A DNA stretch of 64,000 bases from a virus (lineage: Duplodnaviria; Heunggongvirae; Uroviricota; Caudoviricetes), in the IMG/VR virus record IMGVR_UViG_3300028584_001240; one strand, given 5' to 3'. The position numbers and the translations under genes are program-made. A model generated the notes under the pieces. It was given only the letters and a program-made list of their open reading frames with translations. It ran no database searches and had not been told where the DNA came from. How positions within the stretch are numbered: position 1 is the stretch's first letter; the number at the start of each line of letters is the position of its first letter. This document shows, piece after piece, positions 40,493 to 50,208 of the stretch.

Positions 40493-41266
40493 ATGAAAAT
40501 TAGAACGGGTATACTGACCAATGAGTACAAAGAAGAAACCACTTATGAATGGCCGGAAGGTTCGGGTTCGCAGGCGGGTGGTGGTTCACTTGATGGTATT
40601 GGTTCCGTAGTCTTTTTTGAAGTCTTTATTAAAGACATGAGTTATATCCGTGGTGAAGGTGCTACACTGGCAGATGCTGAAAAAGCCGCTTGGGATAAAT
40701 ACCAAGTGTATATGGGCTGTGAGCATGAATTTCAACGGTTCAGCGATACAAGCCAATTGGGTAAATGTAAGCACTGCAGTATGAAAAAAGACAAGCTGTT
40801 TAAAATGCTAACCACTTGCAACACCTGTGGCAAACATGAAGTCATCCATAATATTAGTTATGAATACTATTGTTATGAACACTACATGACTAAACTTGTA
40901 GACAACATTAAGACCTGTGACGATAACAGAGAACTGATTGCACAAGAAAAATGGCTGGGTTGTCATAAAGTGCTTGAAGAAGCTGGTGTTTTTGATGGCC
41001 TGACGGATGTTGAAATTCATACAGTCTTTCATAAAAACTATCATGGCTTCTTTGAATACATGATGGATGTTTGTAAAACTCTACAAAAAGAACACAACCC
41101 AACCAGTAAGTTGCATTATATTGATGTATTGGAAATGATGGAACATGATTCAACTGCTTTGAAAGCAATTTTCAACATTTATCTTTCTGAATGTAAAGGT
41201 GTGAACGTAAATAAAGATATTCAAGAACTTGAAGATTTGCTAATTACTTTCGTAAAAAGTAAATAA
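40493..41266 (+). CDS. hypothetical protein with two CxxC pairs (CKHC...CNTC), possible zinc ribbon
   Basis: 257 aa ORF. Confidence 0.45.
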   Translation: MKIRTGILTNEYKEETTYEWPEGSGSQAGGGSLDGIGSVVFFEVFIKDMSYIRGEGATLADAEKAAWDKYQVYMGCEHEFQRFSDTSQLGKCKHCSMKKDKLFKMLTTCNTCGKHEVIHNISYEYYCYEHYMTKLVDNIKTCDDNRELIAQEKWLGCHKVLEEAGVFDGLTDVEIHTVFHKNYHGFFEYMMDVCKTLQKEHNPTSKLHYIDVLEMMEHDSTALKAIFNIYLSECKGVNVNKDIQELEDLLITFVKSK

Positions 41267-41313
41267 AAGAATTAAACTTAACATTTTAAAAAGAATTGAT
41301 GAGGAATTGAAAA

Positions 41314-42333
41314 ATGACACCTATTGACCACGCAGCTATTTATGATTTCGCCAATGAACATCTTAAAAAAACTGATAAAAGCAAATCAGTTGTGAAAGCA
41401 TTAGCAGAAGATATTTTTAATACTTATTTTAAAGAGAACTTTAATAGTCAAACTATTAATCTACAAGGACATCTGAGAGCTGTTGTTGATAATAGGCCAA
41501 TGGCTGACTTTGAAAATCAACGACTATGGAGAGATTTAAAAGAAAGATACCTAAGCGTAATTGACTCTTATTTGTTAGCTCCTTTGGTTAAAGGAATTCA
41601 CAAGAAAGAAGAAATTGTGCCATTTTTCAAAAAAGGTGAAAATAATCCGCACTGGATGGAAGAAATTCACTGTGTTGATTGTGGTTGCAATCTCAAAGTA
41701 AAAAAGAAAGGTGACGCCTATACCAATGACTTGAAAGAAGACGAAGAACAATATTGGGTCTATGTCAAAGAAGCACAATCAGCGTGTAAATTCCCAGAAG
41801 GCGTAGGTCATTATAGCAACGTGATTGATGTACCATCAGGTAAATTAATTTTTTCAAACTATTTATTGAATTTGTTTGATAGAGAACTCGCCATTACATC
41901 CGATGAATACATCAGTGATAAATGTGGCTACCGAAATAGTATTAACAGTGATTATGGCGTAAAATTAAACACAGAGTTTTGGAATAACTTAAAAGTTATT
42001 TATATTCAAGTTGGTAATACATCACCGAACTTGTATCAAAATCCAAAAACTCATGAAATTACCTGCAAGATTGGTAAAGCTAAGAAGGATTCCATAAAAA
42101 AAGGTAAAATTGATACATCAATATGGGCTGTTTTTGGCATGGATTATGATGAATTTATCAAACTATGTAAAGAAAATGGAAAAAATACCGAAAATATTGA
42201 CGATATAGAAGCACTCGAAGCTCAGTACAAACCTGTCTATATTGATGTTCCGGTTGGTAAATATGAAGTTACTTCCTATAATGCGGCTAAATATGATGAT
42301 CAAGATACTTTCTTTACCATTAAAGCAGTATAA
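41314..42333 (+). CDS. hypothetical protein (339 aa; HCVDCGC motif)
   Basis: ORF table. Confidence 0.45.
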   Translation: MTPIDHAAIYDFANEHLKKTDKSKSVVKALAEDIFNTYFKENFNSQTINLQGHLRAVVDNRPMADFENQRLWRDLKERYLSVIDSYLLAPLVKGIHKKEEIVPFFKKGENNPHWMEEIHCVDCGCNLKVKKKGDAYTNDLKEDEEQYWVYVKEAQSACKFPEGVGHYSNVIDVPSGKLIFSNYLLNLFDRELAITSDEYISDKCGYRNSINSDYGVKLNTEFWNNLKVIYIQVGNTSPNLYQNPKTHEITCKIGKAKKDSIKKGKIDTSIWAVFGMDYDEFIKLCKENGKNTENIDDIEALEAQYKPVYIDVPVGKYEVTSYNAAKYDDQDTFFTIKAV

Positions 42334-42362
42334 CAAACAATTAAACTTAAAAAGAGTGAGAC

Positions 42363-42683
42363 ATGGAAAAATATACAATACGTTCTATTTTAAACGAACC
42401 AACCCAAAGTCCAGAAGGTTGCTTTTGTCTACCAATTGACCATCAATCATGGACATTAGACACCATTGGCTCCTTTACAGACGACAGTAGTAATTATGCA
42501 CCAGATTCAGAAGAATATTTGCCATTAGAAGTAAAAGATGGATCATGGATTGTTACACTGGATACTGCAACCATTGAAGATATTGTATTAAATGTTAAAG
42601 ATCAAAAAGAAAATGCAACAGTAGATGATTTATTGATTGCTTTTATCTATTATTTTGAAAATGATGCTTTTTTAATCCTTTGA
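42363..42683 (+). CDS. hypothetical acidic protein (106 aa)
   Basis: ORF table. Confidence 0.4.
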   Translation: MEKYTIRSILNEPTQSPEGCFCLPIDHQSWTLDTIGSFTDDSSNYAPDSEEYLPLEVKDGSWIVTLDTATIEDIVLNVKDQKENATVDDLLIAFIYYFENDAFLIL

Positions 42684-42736
42684 TTTATTAATAGGTTTAT
42701 GATATAATAAGTCATTATTTTAAAAGGAGTATCATC

Positions 42737-43831
42737 ATGGGTGGTAATGCATTAGCTCTTGCCGTAGTAAACGGTAACCCTGAGCCGGTTGGCGTGGAAT
42801 CGAAACGTCTCCATAAAAAAGATTTTGATAGCTTGACAGCGAAAGTCGTCAAGGTATTGAATGTTGCCATCGAAAAAGCAAACTCTATGGGTGCTCATAT
42901 TGTTGATGCTCCCCATGAAGTCAAAGCTTATCGTCAAAAAGAAACTTTTGGTGATCTCGATTTGCTGGTAGACGGTGAATTATTTAGCTTCGTTCCTTAT
43001 GAAGAAGTGATGGAAATGCTTCGTGTGGAATTTAATCACACTGGCCCATTGCCTTACAAGCCAAAAGACAAGAAAGATATGGTGATGAGTATCGGTCTGC
43101 CTTCGGATGAAAAAGATGTTTATTTTCAGCTTGACTTGATTGCTTCTGAGCGAGATTATTATAAGTTTCACTCTTCTTATTTGAATTGGAACGATTTGGG
43201 TAACTTGGTAGGTGTTGTTGCCAGCTCTAATGGTTTCTTGAAATATGGTCATGATGGTCTTCGGTATTTGTTCAGGGATGGTGATAACCTCTTCGAAAGC
43301 GTTGTGTTGACGAATGATTGGGATGAAGCGTTGGAGTTCTTTGGTTACTCACAAGAGCGTTATTATGCTGGTTTTGATAACCTCTTGGAAATTTATGAGT
43401 ATGCAGCATCAAGCCGCTATTTCAGCCCAAGCCTGTATGCATTTGAGAACCGTAACCATACACAACGTACCCGTGACCGTAAACGTCCAACGTATAATGG
43501 CTTCTTGAACTGGATTGAAGAACAAGATGCTCTGGGTTACTTTAAGGACAAGAAACCGATGGACAGTGATAAATGGAAAGAACGTGTTTATGAATTCTTC
43601 CCAAGTTTTGCACAAACCGAGAAGGATACTTGGGCTAAACTTGAACGCCGTAAAGTGTTTAAGGAATACTTTAATGGTGGGCGTCTCTTGAAATTTAAGC
43701 CAGAACTACAAAAGCAAGCAATCAGTGACTATTTGAAAGCACTTGAACAAAGTGTTCCAGACATTGAAGAATTTGTAGTCACTTATAAAGACGTTGCAAT
43801 GGAAATGCTTGTAAAAATGAAAGAAGCTTGA
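42737..43831 (+). CDS. hypothetical protein, possible Pol-beta-superfamily nucleotidyltransferase fold (G-D-L-D-L-L-V motif); noticeably higher GC than neighbours
   Basis: 364 aa. The ETFGDLDLLVDG segment resembles the DxD strand of minimal nucleotidyltransferases. SD aaggag before the ATG. Confidence 0.35.
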   Translation: MGGNALALAVVNGNPEPVGVESKRLHKKDFDSLTAKVVKVLNVAIEKANSMGAHIVDAPHEVKAYRQKETFGDLDLLVDGELFSFVPYEEVMEMLRVEFNHTGPLPYKPKDKKDMVMSIGLPSDEKDVYFQLDLIASERDYYKFHSSYLNWNDLGNLVGVVASSNGFLKYGHDGLRYLFRDGDNLFESVVLTNDWDEALEFFGYSQERYYAGFDNLLEIYEYAASSRYFSPSLYAFENRNHTQRTRDRKRPTYNGFLNWIEEQDALGYFKDKKPMDSDKWKERVYEFFPSFAQTEKDTWAKLERRKVFKEYFNGGRLLKFKPELQKQAISDYLKALEQSVPDIEEFVVTYKDVAMEMLVKMKEA

Positions 43832-43885
43832 TTTGAAAGCCCCTCGTGAAAATCTGGGGCTTATTTTTAAGGATATTTTTAAAAT

Positions 43886-44614
43886 ATGAATGAGAAATAC
43901 ACAATAGTCCAGAATGATAGTTTAGAATTTGATGAATTGTTCGATGTCAGTCAAATTAATATGAGTTATTATTTTTCAAATTGGGTTAACAATGAGATTA
44001 AAATGACAAAAATTATTAAAAAACTTTATCTGGAAGGTATAAAAGTTGATATGATTAATATGTATGCAAATCCAGACAAGGGAGATCACCGTGAATATTG
44101 TGATGTTGAGAATCGTGATGATAGAATATATTACAATTTTATTAGTCAATTATTAAAACAATCTCATGCTAGAAATGACTTCAATTATTATGAACATTTA
44201 CCATTATCTGATCGAAAAGGTTATATGGATATTTGCTATCTCTTCAATAGGCCAAAAATAGAAATAAGATATCACACTAAAACAATTAGCACTATTTTTA
44301 CATTTACTGAGACTGGTTTGGTTATTGTATACAAAATTAACAATAATGACAGTAATAAAATGATGATAGAAATAAAAATCAATGAGAATAATGAAATATT
44401 ATCAACAATTGTTCACTTTAATGGAAAGATTTATAAAGAACCAGAAAAGATAAAATTAAGTCATAAACAGCTAGATTATCTTATTGCTTTATGTCATTAT
44501 GGCATGATAGAAGAGAAAGATTTTAATGTAGAGCCATATATTGATAAGGTGTTAGCAGAAGATTATAAAGATGTAATTAATTATTTTAAAGTAAAAGAGA
44601 TGACTTACATATGA
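43886..44614 (+). CDS. C-terminal tail family protein, subfamily B paralog 1 (242 aa; ends ...NYFKVKEMTYI)
   Basis: Shares SNKMM, QLDYLI and KVKEM blocks with the next gene. Confidence 0.6.
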   Translation: MNEKYTIVQNDSLEFDELFDVSQINMSYYFSNWVNNEIKMTKIIKKLYLEGIKVDMINMYANPDKGDHREYCDVENRDDRIYYNFISQLLKQSHARNDFNYYEHLPLSDRKGYMDICYLFNRPKIEIRYHTKTISTIFTFTETGLVIVYKINNNDSNKMMIEIKINENNEILSTIVHFNGKIYKEPEKIKLSHKQLDYLIALCHYGMIEEKDFNVEPYIDKVLAEDYKDVINYFKVKEMTYI

Positions 44615-45405
44615 CAAATCAATATATCGTAAAAATACTCAGCTCAAAACATGTCTTTGATGAGACATCTAATAAGGGTGTTGAGAATAAATATTTAACT
44701 GTAAAAACAGAAAATGAAGACTTTAAAAAGTTATTGGATATTAGTGCTATAAACAGCAGATATTATTTTTCAGCGTGCTTAAATATTAAAGATAAAGTTA
44801 CTCAACATCTAAAAGAGACGAATAAAAAATTCGCAGACGTTAGACCTTATCACGCTCCTGATAAAGATGATTGCACGGAATATACAGATGTAAAAAATCA
44901 GAACTCTACTGTATACATGGATTTTATTGAGAACCTTGTTAAAAATGCACATGCAAGAAGTCATTTAACATTTGTGGACTATATTAAAGACATTCATAAA
45001 AAAGCTGACGTTATTTTTTCTCACTTTTTTGACAATGCTAAGATAAGTATCACCTATTTTACAAAACCTATCATGCTTTGTATGAATTTTGATAAAAATG
45101 GATTGAATATTGTCTATATGCTAAATAGTTGTGACAGCAATAAAATGATGTTAGACATTACTATTAATCACAACACTGAAATTATCTCAACAGAAGTTTA
45201 CTTTAATTTTAATAATACAAGATCAAATGAAACAGATATGATTACTTTAAACCATCAACAATTAGATTACCTTATTGTATTAAGTCATTATGCTGACGGT
45301 GAAGAGATTGATTTTATGGTTGAAAAATATGTTGATGACATTTTAGCTGAGAACTATCAAGATTTACTCGATTACATTAAAGTTAAAGAAATGATGCACA
45401 TCTAA
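44611..45405 (+). CDS. C-terminal tail family protein, subfamily B paralog 2 (264 aa; ends ...DYIKVKEMMHI)
   Basis: ATGA overlap with the previous gene. Confidence 0.6.
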   Translation: MTNQYIVKILSSKHVFDETSNKGVENKYLTVKTENEDFKKLLDISAINSRYYFSACLNIKDKVTQHLKETNKKFADVRPYHAPDKDDCTEYTDVKNQNSTVYMDFIENLVKNAHARSHLTFVDYIKDIHKKADVIFSHFFDNAKISITYFTKPIMLCMNFDKNGLNIVYMLNSCDSNKMMLDITINHNTEIISTEVYFNFNNTRSNETDMITLNHQQLDYLIVLSHYADGEEIDFMVEKYVDDILAENYQDLLDYIKVKEMMHI

Positions 45406-45420
45406 TTAACTTTAACTTCA

Positions 45421-45455
45421 AAAAAAAGAACTGTCTATGCAGTTCTTTTTTTTGT
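45421..45455. terminator. bidirectional terminator gaactg-tctatg-cagttc flanked by A8 and T8
   Basis: Read directly. Confidence 0.65.
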
Positions 45456-45466
45456 CGTCCAGTTTT

Positions 45467-45829
45467 TTAAGCTGTTGTAAGACTACGCTCATGTAGTTTT
45501 TTGGCTAAATCTACCAATTTATCATCAAGTTCAACAATACAAACACCCTCAAACAGTTTGGTAACAGCCGAAAAAGCGTTCAACGCATCCATTTTTTTAT
45601 CTTGCATTTCTCTTACAGAGTAAGTGCGAGGTTCAAACCTTGCTACACCTGAATATTCATTAGTATAGAATAAACTAGAAACTTCTGTATTGTCAGATAC
45701 TTTAAAATGTGGAACATTAACAGCATCTAAAATTTTATCAACTTCAGCTCTGTAAGCATTAACCAATGCAGTTGGTGGTGGCGTATATTCAGGAAAAAGA
45801 ACATCGGATATAAATTTTGGTAGCTTCAT
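45467..45829 (-). CDS. hypothetical protein (120 aa)
   Basis: ORF table. Confidence 0.45.
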   Translation of the reverse strand: MKLPKFISDVLFPEYTPPPTALVNAYRAEVDKILDAVNVPHFKVSDNTEVSSLFYTNEYSGVARFEPRTYSVREMQDKKMDALNAFSAVTKLFEGVCIVELDDKLVDLAKKLHERSLTTA

Positions 45830-45908
45830 TATAATCTCCTATTAGAAGCACTATAATAACATAAACAAGCAGAAATGACAATAAAAATGATTAATTGAAA
45901 GAAAAATA

Positions 45909-45937
45909 AAAAAACTGTTGACATTTTTTTAATTAAA
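45909..45937 (+). promoter_or_regulatory. candidate sigma70-type promoter (TTGACA, 17 nt spacer, cacaat) for thrS leader
   Basis: ttgacatttttttaattaaagatcacaat read directly. Confidence 0.4.
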
Positions 45938-45969
45938 GATCACAATATAAGTAATTGGAGAAAATTCAG

Positions 45970-46047
45970 ATGAAATTATTTGCAGTAAACACAACGACTA
46001 CAACAACTCAGTTCAATAGCTGGGCTGGTCGATTGTTGCTGTCTTAA
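45970..46047 (+). CDS. Thr-rich leader peptide MKLFAVNTTTTTTQFNSWAGRLLLS (six consecutive Thr codons)
   Basis: Manual translation. GGAG SD 8 nt upstream. Followed by a terminator hairpin with an alternative pairing, in the classic thr/trp-type attenuator arrangement. Confidence 0.7.
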   Translation: MKLFAVNTTTTTTQFNSWAGRLLLS

Positions 46048-46067
46048 AATAATCGGAACCACAAAAA

Positions 46068-46092
46068 CCCAGCTAAACGGCTGGGTTTTTTT
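46068..46092 (+). terminator. attenuator terminator cccagc-taaac-gctggg + T7; AGCTGGG at 46018-46024 in the leader can pair with CCCAGCT (antiterminator)
   Basis: Read directly. Confidence 0.65.
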
Positions 46093-46148
46093 ATGCCTAA
46101 AATAAATGATTAACACAAACACAAACTAAACTATCAAGGGGAAATAAA

Positions 46149-47327
46149 ATGAACGACAAATTAAATGAAGAAAAGAGATACATGAAAGTCGCCAAAGAAA
46201 TGAACTTATTCATGTTGGCTGAAAGTGCAGGTGTTGTTTACTGGAAACCAGAAGGGCTTAAATTGTATGAGAATTTAAAATCTTTTATTCGTAAACACCA
46301 TGAAGACGCTGGTTATCTTGAAGTCAAGAGTCCATCCATTGTGGTGCCTAGCTTATTTGAGCAGTCTGGTCATATGGATAAATACAAAGATAACATGTTC
46401 TTTCTCAATTCATCAGAAGCCAGTAACTACGCTCTCCGTCCTATGAGCTGTCCCAACCATATCCTAATCTATCAATCAGAAAAAAGAAGCTACCGTGAAC
46501 TCCCATTACCAATATTTGAGTTTGGTGAGGTGTTTCGTAATGAAGCGTCTGGTGCATTACAAGTGTTATTCAGACAAAGACAATTCTGTCAGGATGATAG
46601 TCATGTGTTTGTGAATGAAGAAAATCTAATCAGTTCGGTCAATCAATACATACAGATGAGCCAAAAAGCGTATGAAGAACTCGGATTCAAAAAGATTAAA
46701 TACGCCATTGCGTTACGTCCAGAAAAAAGATTTGGTGATGACATCTTATGGGATAAAGCCGAAGAAGCCTTGCGAGAAGCCTGCAGAATGAATAATCTTG
46801 ATTTCGTAGAAAACGAAAATGACGGGGCTTTCTATGGCCCGAAACTAGAACTCCAAGTAGAAGACAAACTCGGCAGATCATGGCAATTAGGTGTGATACA
46901 GCTTGATTATGTTCTTCCAGAACGTTTTGGACTTGAATACATTGATGCCGATAACAAACCTAAGCGTCCTATTATTCTCCACCATGCCGTATTAGGTTCA
47001 CTTGAACGCATGATAGGGATCTTGTTGGAGTCCTTTGGTAAAGACATACCTGACTTCTTACACCCTATGAAATCAGTGGTTATTCCAGTATCCGAAAAAT
47101 CTATGGAGTATGCAAAGGTCGTATTCTCTCATATGGATAAGAAATCATCTAAACTGGATCAAAGTGCTGATTCATTAGGTAAGAAGATTCGATACTGGAA
47201 AGAACGTGGTGTTCCTGAGATCATTGTAGTCGGTGAAGCTGAACAAAGTAAATATGACAATGAAGGTGTGATTAGTTTTGTCGTCAATCTTGGTGCTGTC
47301 AAAGAAGTCAGAGAAATTAAGCCATAA
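46149..47327 (+). CDS. thrS: threonyl-tRNA synthetase-like protein: catalytic core plus anticodon-binding domain only (N-terminal TGS and editing domains absent)
   Basis: 392 aa. Class II ThrRS blocks KSPSIVVPSLFEQSGHMDKYKDNMF, ALRPMSCPNH and FRQRQFCQDDSHVF align by eye with ThrRS from about residue 240 onward. Confidence 0.75.
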   Translation: MNDKLNEEKRYMKVAKEMNLFMLAESAGVVYWKPEGLKLYENLKSFIRKHHEDAGYLEVKSPSIVVPSLFEQSGHMDKYKDNMFFLNSSEASNYALRPMSCPNHILIYQSEKRSYRELPLPIFEFGEVFRNEASGALQVLFRQRQFCQDDSHVFVNEENLISSVNQYIQMSQKAYEELGFKKIKYAIALRPEKRFGDDILWDKAEEALREACRMNNLDFVENENDGAFYGPKLELQVEDKLGRSWQLGVIQLDYVLPERFGLEYIDADNKPKRPIILHHAVLGSLERMIGILLESFGKDIPDFLHPMKSVVIPVSEKSMEYAKVVFSHMDKKSSKLDQSADSLGKKIRYWKERGVPEIIVVGEAEQSKYDNEGVISFVVNLGAVKEVREIKP

Positions 47328-47347
47328 CAATCAACACCACTGAGAAT

Positions 47348-47371
47348 TAAAGAGGCTTCGGCCTCTTTTTC
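47348..47371. terminator. terminator agaggc-ttcg-gcctct + T5 (UUCG tetraloop)
   Basis: Read directly. Confidence 0.65.
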
Positions 47372-47991
47372 TATTGATAAAACATAATAACGGCTTTCTT
47401 TTCATCCTCAGACATCTCAGTAACAGTCTTGTCAAGAATGTGTTTAAAATAAGCCTCTCTGAAGGTTTCATTGATAACTCTTATTTGTTCATTGACATTT
47501 TGAAGTTGAGTGTGATTAAATTCAAGTTGAATGTATCCTGTTGGCGTTTGCATCGTCAAGTAAGGTAATGCGAGCGGCTTACTATTGTCAGGTCTAAAAT
47601 AAAATACATTGCTATAATAAAAACTTTTTGTCTCTAATGTATATTTCTCTGGATGTCTTTTATGCTTTTCAATGAGACGAACATTTTCCAAGAAAGTTAA
47701 AAAGAGTTTTCTAGTCTGAATGTGTTCAGAGTAATCAATAACTAAATTATTCTCAGTTATCGCTTTTGAATTAAATTTAACAGTGTTCATGAAAAACATG
47801 TCATATTGATCTATCGTATCTTTATCAAGATGGAAGAAAGCTTCACCCACAATAATAAAGTTATTTTCACTGAGTGCTTTATCAAATGCTATTTTATTAG
47901 AATGTCTATATATTTCACCTTCACAATGTGTGTAAGTGTGTTTTTGATTATCTAATTTATCTCTTAAAAAACGTTTAAAATCCTTAATCAT
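47371..47991 (-). CDS. C-terminal tail family protein, subfamily C paralog 1 (206 aa; ends ...EKKAVIMFYQ)
   Basis: ORF table. Tandem with the three following genes. Confidence 0.55.
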   Translation of the reverse strand: MIKDFKRFLRDKLDNQKHTYTHCEGEIYRHSNKIAFDKALSENNFIIVGEAFFHLDKDTIDQYDMFFMNTVKFNSKAITENNLVIDYSEHIQTRKLFLTFLENVRLIEKHKRHPEKYTLETKSFYYSNVFYFRPDNSKPLALPYLTMQTPTGYIQLEFNHTQLQNVNEQIRVINETFREAYFKHILDKTVTEMSEDEKKAVIMFYQ

Positions 47992-48000
47992 AAAAAGCCC

Positions 48001-48669
48001 TCAATAGTAATACATCTTAACAATTTGCTTTTCTGATTTAGTAAGCTTCTCTGTCGTGTCCTTTTTGTCAATAAGTTGTGAATAGTACCTAATAAAAAAT
48101 TCATTGTCAATCATTTTAACGGCATTCTCAAAACTATATTCATTGTTTTTTACAATAATATAAAGTTCTGGAAATTCTTTATACTTTTTAAATTTTAAAA
48201 CGATTTTTTGATAGATATTTCCATGTAACGAATGGTAAACATACACTGGATAGATTTCAATATGATCAAGGTTAGCATACACTGGGTTTTTCTTTTTATT
48301 TATTTCATCGCCTTTATTGATAAGACGAAGATGATTTGTAATCACCTTAAAAAATTTTTTAGCATGATAATTATCAACATTCTCAAAATAGACCTTTCTA
48401 GGCGATTCTTTTTTTGATAATAGATTAGGTTTAATGTCGAAAGAGCACTCATGCTCTGAGTCATGTTGGAAATAAGTCAGATTACCAATAGCATAAAATC
48501 TATCATAACCTGATCTTATTTTCGGTGTGCCATCTGGATTTACCGCTTCCTGAACAATAGTGTAACCAGAAGATATTTGATATCTATAATTAATATTACT
48601 GACGGAATGCTTTAAATAGTAATTAAAGGACGCCATATTGTCAGGTAAATCGAATTTTCCTATATCCAT
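48001..48669 (-). CDS. C-terminal tail family protein, subfamily C paralog 2 (222 aa; ends ...EKQIVKMYYY)
   Basis: ORF table. Confidence 0.55.
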   Translation of the reverse strand: MDIGKFDLPDNMASFNYYLKHSVSNINYRYQISSGYTIVQEAVNPDGTPKIRSGYDRFYAIGNLTYFQHDSEHECSFDIKPNLLSKKESPRKVYFENVDNYHAKKFFKVITNHLRLINKGDEINKKKNPVYANLDHIEIYPVYVYHSLHGNIYQKIVLKFKKYKEFPELYIIVKNNEYSFENAVKMIDNEFFIRYYSQLIDKKDTTEKLTKSEKQIVKMYYY

Positions 48670-48673
48670 AATA

Positions 48674-49414
48674 TTAATAGTAAACCATTTTAATCAACTC
48701 TTGTTCTTTTTTGTTAAAGAATTTGCCACGCTCAATTTTTTCACGATCAACAATACCATTATAATAACGTGTTTGAAATGTTTTTTCCATATCATCAATA
48801 GCGGCTAAAAATTTGTTGTCATCATTTAAAATAACAATTTTATGTTCTGGGTAGCCATTGCTTGCTTTAAATTTAAGGAGAGCACATTTACTAACGATTT
48901 GACTAATACGATCATATCTGTAGAAGCACCTAACCATAAGCGATTTTGAATCAAAATTAATAAGTTCACGTTTTTTATGCAAAAGAGTAGCTTCATTTAA
49001 AAGTTTAAGGTGCCGTTTTAATCTCACCCAAAATTCATCAACATGAAACCTATAAACATAATCAAATTTAATAGGTTTACCTGTATCATCTTTTGAAGTG
49101 AGCAGTGTAAAAGAGACTTCGAAATCAGAATCCCAATTACATTCACGACCATTAACAATACTGGCAACCTGATAAAATTTATCATAATACCGAATATGAC
49201 CACTGCCCCAACCAGAAGTTTCATAGACTCTAATTCTATGACCATCAGTCGTTAAGGGATAACGATGAACATAAATGGAATCATCACCATACTCATATTC
49301 GGCATTTGAAAATTTCGAAGAAAAGTATTTTGCAAGTTCAGTCGCTTTATTAATTTCAGTGGAAGGCATAAACATAATAAGAGAACCTTTTTTTAATTTA
49401 AGTAAGTGTATCAA
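48674..49414 (-). CDS. C-terminal tail family protein, subfamily C paralog 3 (246 aa; ends ...EQELIKMVYY)
   Basis: ORF table. Confidence 0.55.
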   Translation of the reverse strand: MIHLLKLKKGSLIMFMPSTEINKATELAKYFSSKFSNAEYEYGDDSIYVHRYPLTTDGHRIRVYETSGWGSGHIRYYDKFYQVASIVNGRECNWDSDFEVSFTLLTSKDDTGKPIKFDYVYRFHVDEFWVRLKRHLKLLNEATLLHKKRELINFDSKSLMVRCFYRYDRISQIVSKCALLKFKASNGYPEHKIVILNDDNKFLAAIDDMEKTFQTRYYNGIVDREKIERGKFFNKKEQELIKMVYY

Positions 49415-50142
49415 TAATAGGTCATTTTTACAAGTTCTTTTAAACGTTCATCCCATTTTGAAATATCCAATAGAGCATAAACATCATCAAAACTCATATT
49501 AGGATAAGCTTCTTTTATTTTGTCTTTGTAATACAGTTTAAAAAACTCAATGTCCATATTTTTTAACGTATTCTGTGTAGTTAACATATTATCCGTTACA
49601 TAGTAGACTGGAAGGATTTCACTAGATGATTTGTTACTTTTCATAAACTGAACAGCTAGAGTTCTTGAAATTTTTTTATTAAGCTGATCATATTTGAAAT
49701 TAAATTTAATTGAAAAGTCGTTGCAGACAATAAATTGATAATCGTCAGAAATATTTTTTTGATTGAGAAGTGTTAAGTGTTGATTAGTATGTTGCATAAA
49801 CAAATCAATCATTGGTGAAGATAAATCACCAAAACGTTCAGAATAAATATCATCGTATTTAGAAGATAATTCAAAAAAAAGTGAACTTGGTGTGTCACCT
49901 TTACCAACATGAGCAATAGTTTCCGACTTAGCGGCTGTGCCACCATACATTCCATAAGTAAAAGGAGCTTCTTTAAGTGCTTCAATAATCCGATTACCCT
50001 CTTTATCTAATGGATAACGACAGATTCCAATTGGATTAGTACCATACTCGTAGTGTTCATTTGTAAAGTTGTTTACAAAATAATCAAGGAATCCATACAA
50101 GGGAAACTGTTTCTTTTTTTCTTCATCAATGACTTCATTCAT
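49411..50142 (-). CDS. C-terminal tail family protein, subfamily C paralog 4 (243 aa; ends ...LKELVKMTYY)
   Basis: ORF table. 4-nt overlap with the downstream gene. Confidence 0.55.
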   Translation of the reverse strand: MNEVIDEEKKKQFPLYGFLDYFVNNFTNEHYEYGTNPIGICRYPLDKEGNRIIEALKEAPFTYGMYGGTAAKSETIAHVGKGDTPSSLFFELSSKYDDIYSERFGDLSSPMIDLFMQHTNQHLTLLNQKNISDDYQFIVCNDFSIKFNFKYDQLNKKISRTLAVQFMKSNKSSSEILPVYYVTDNMLTTQNTLKNMDIEFFKLYYKDKIKEAYPNMSFDDVYALLDISKWDERLKELVKMTYY

Positions 50143-50164
50143 AGTCGTTCCTTAATTTCGAATG

Positions 50165-50190
50165 CAAAAACGGATGGCCGAAGCCATCCG
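50165..50190 (-). terminator. terminator cggatggc-cgaa-gccatccg + T5 on minus strand
   Basis: RC read directly. Confidence 0.6.
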
Positions 50191-50208
50191 TAAACAGTAA
50201 ACATTTTA

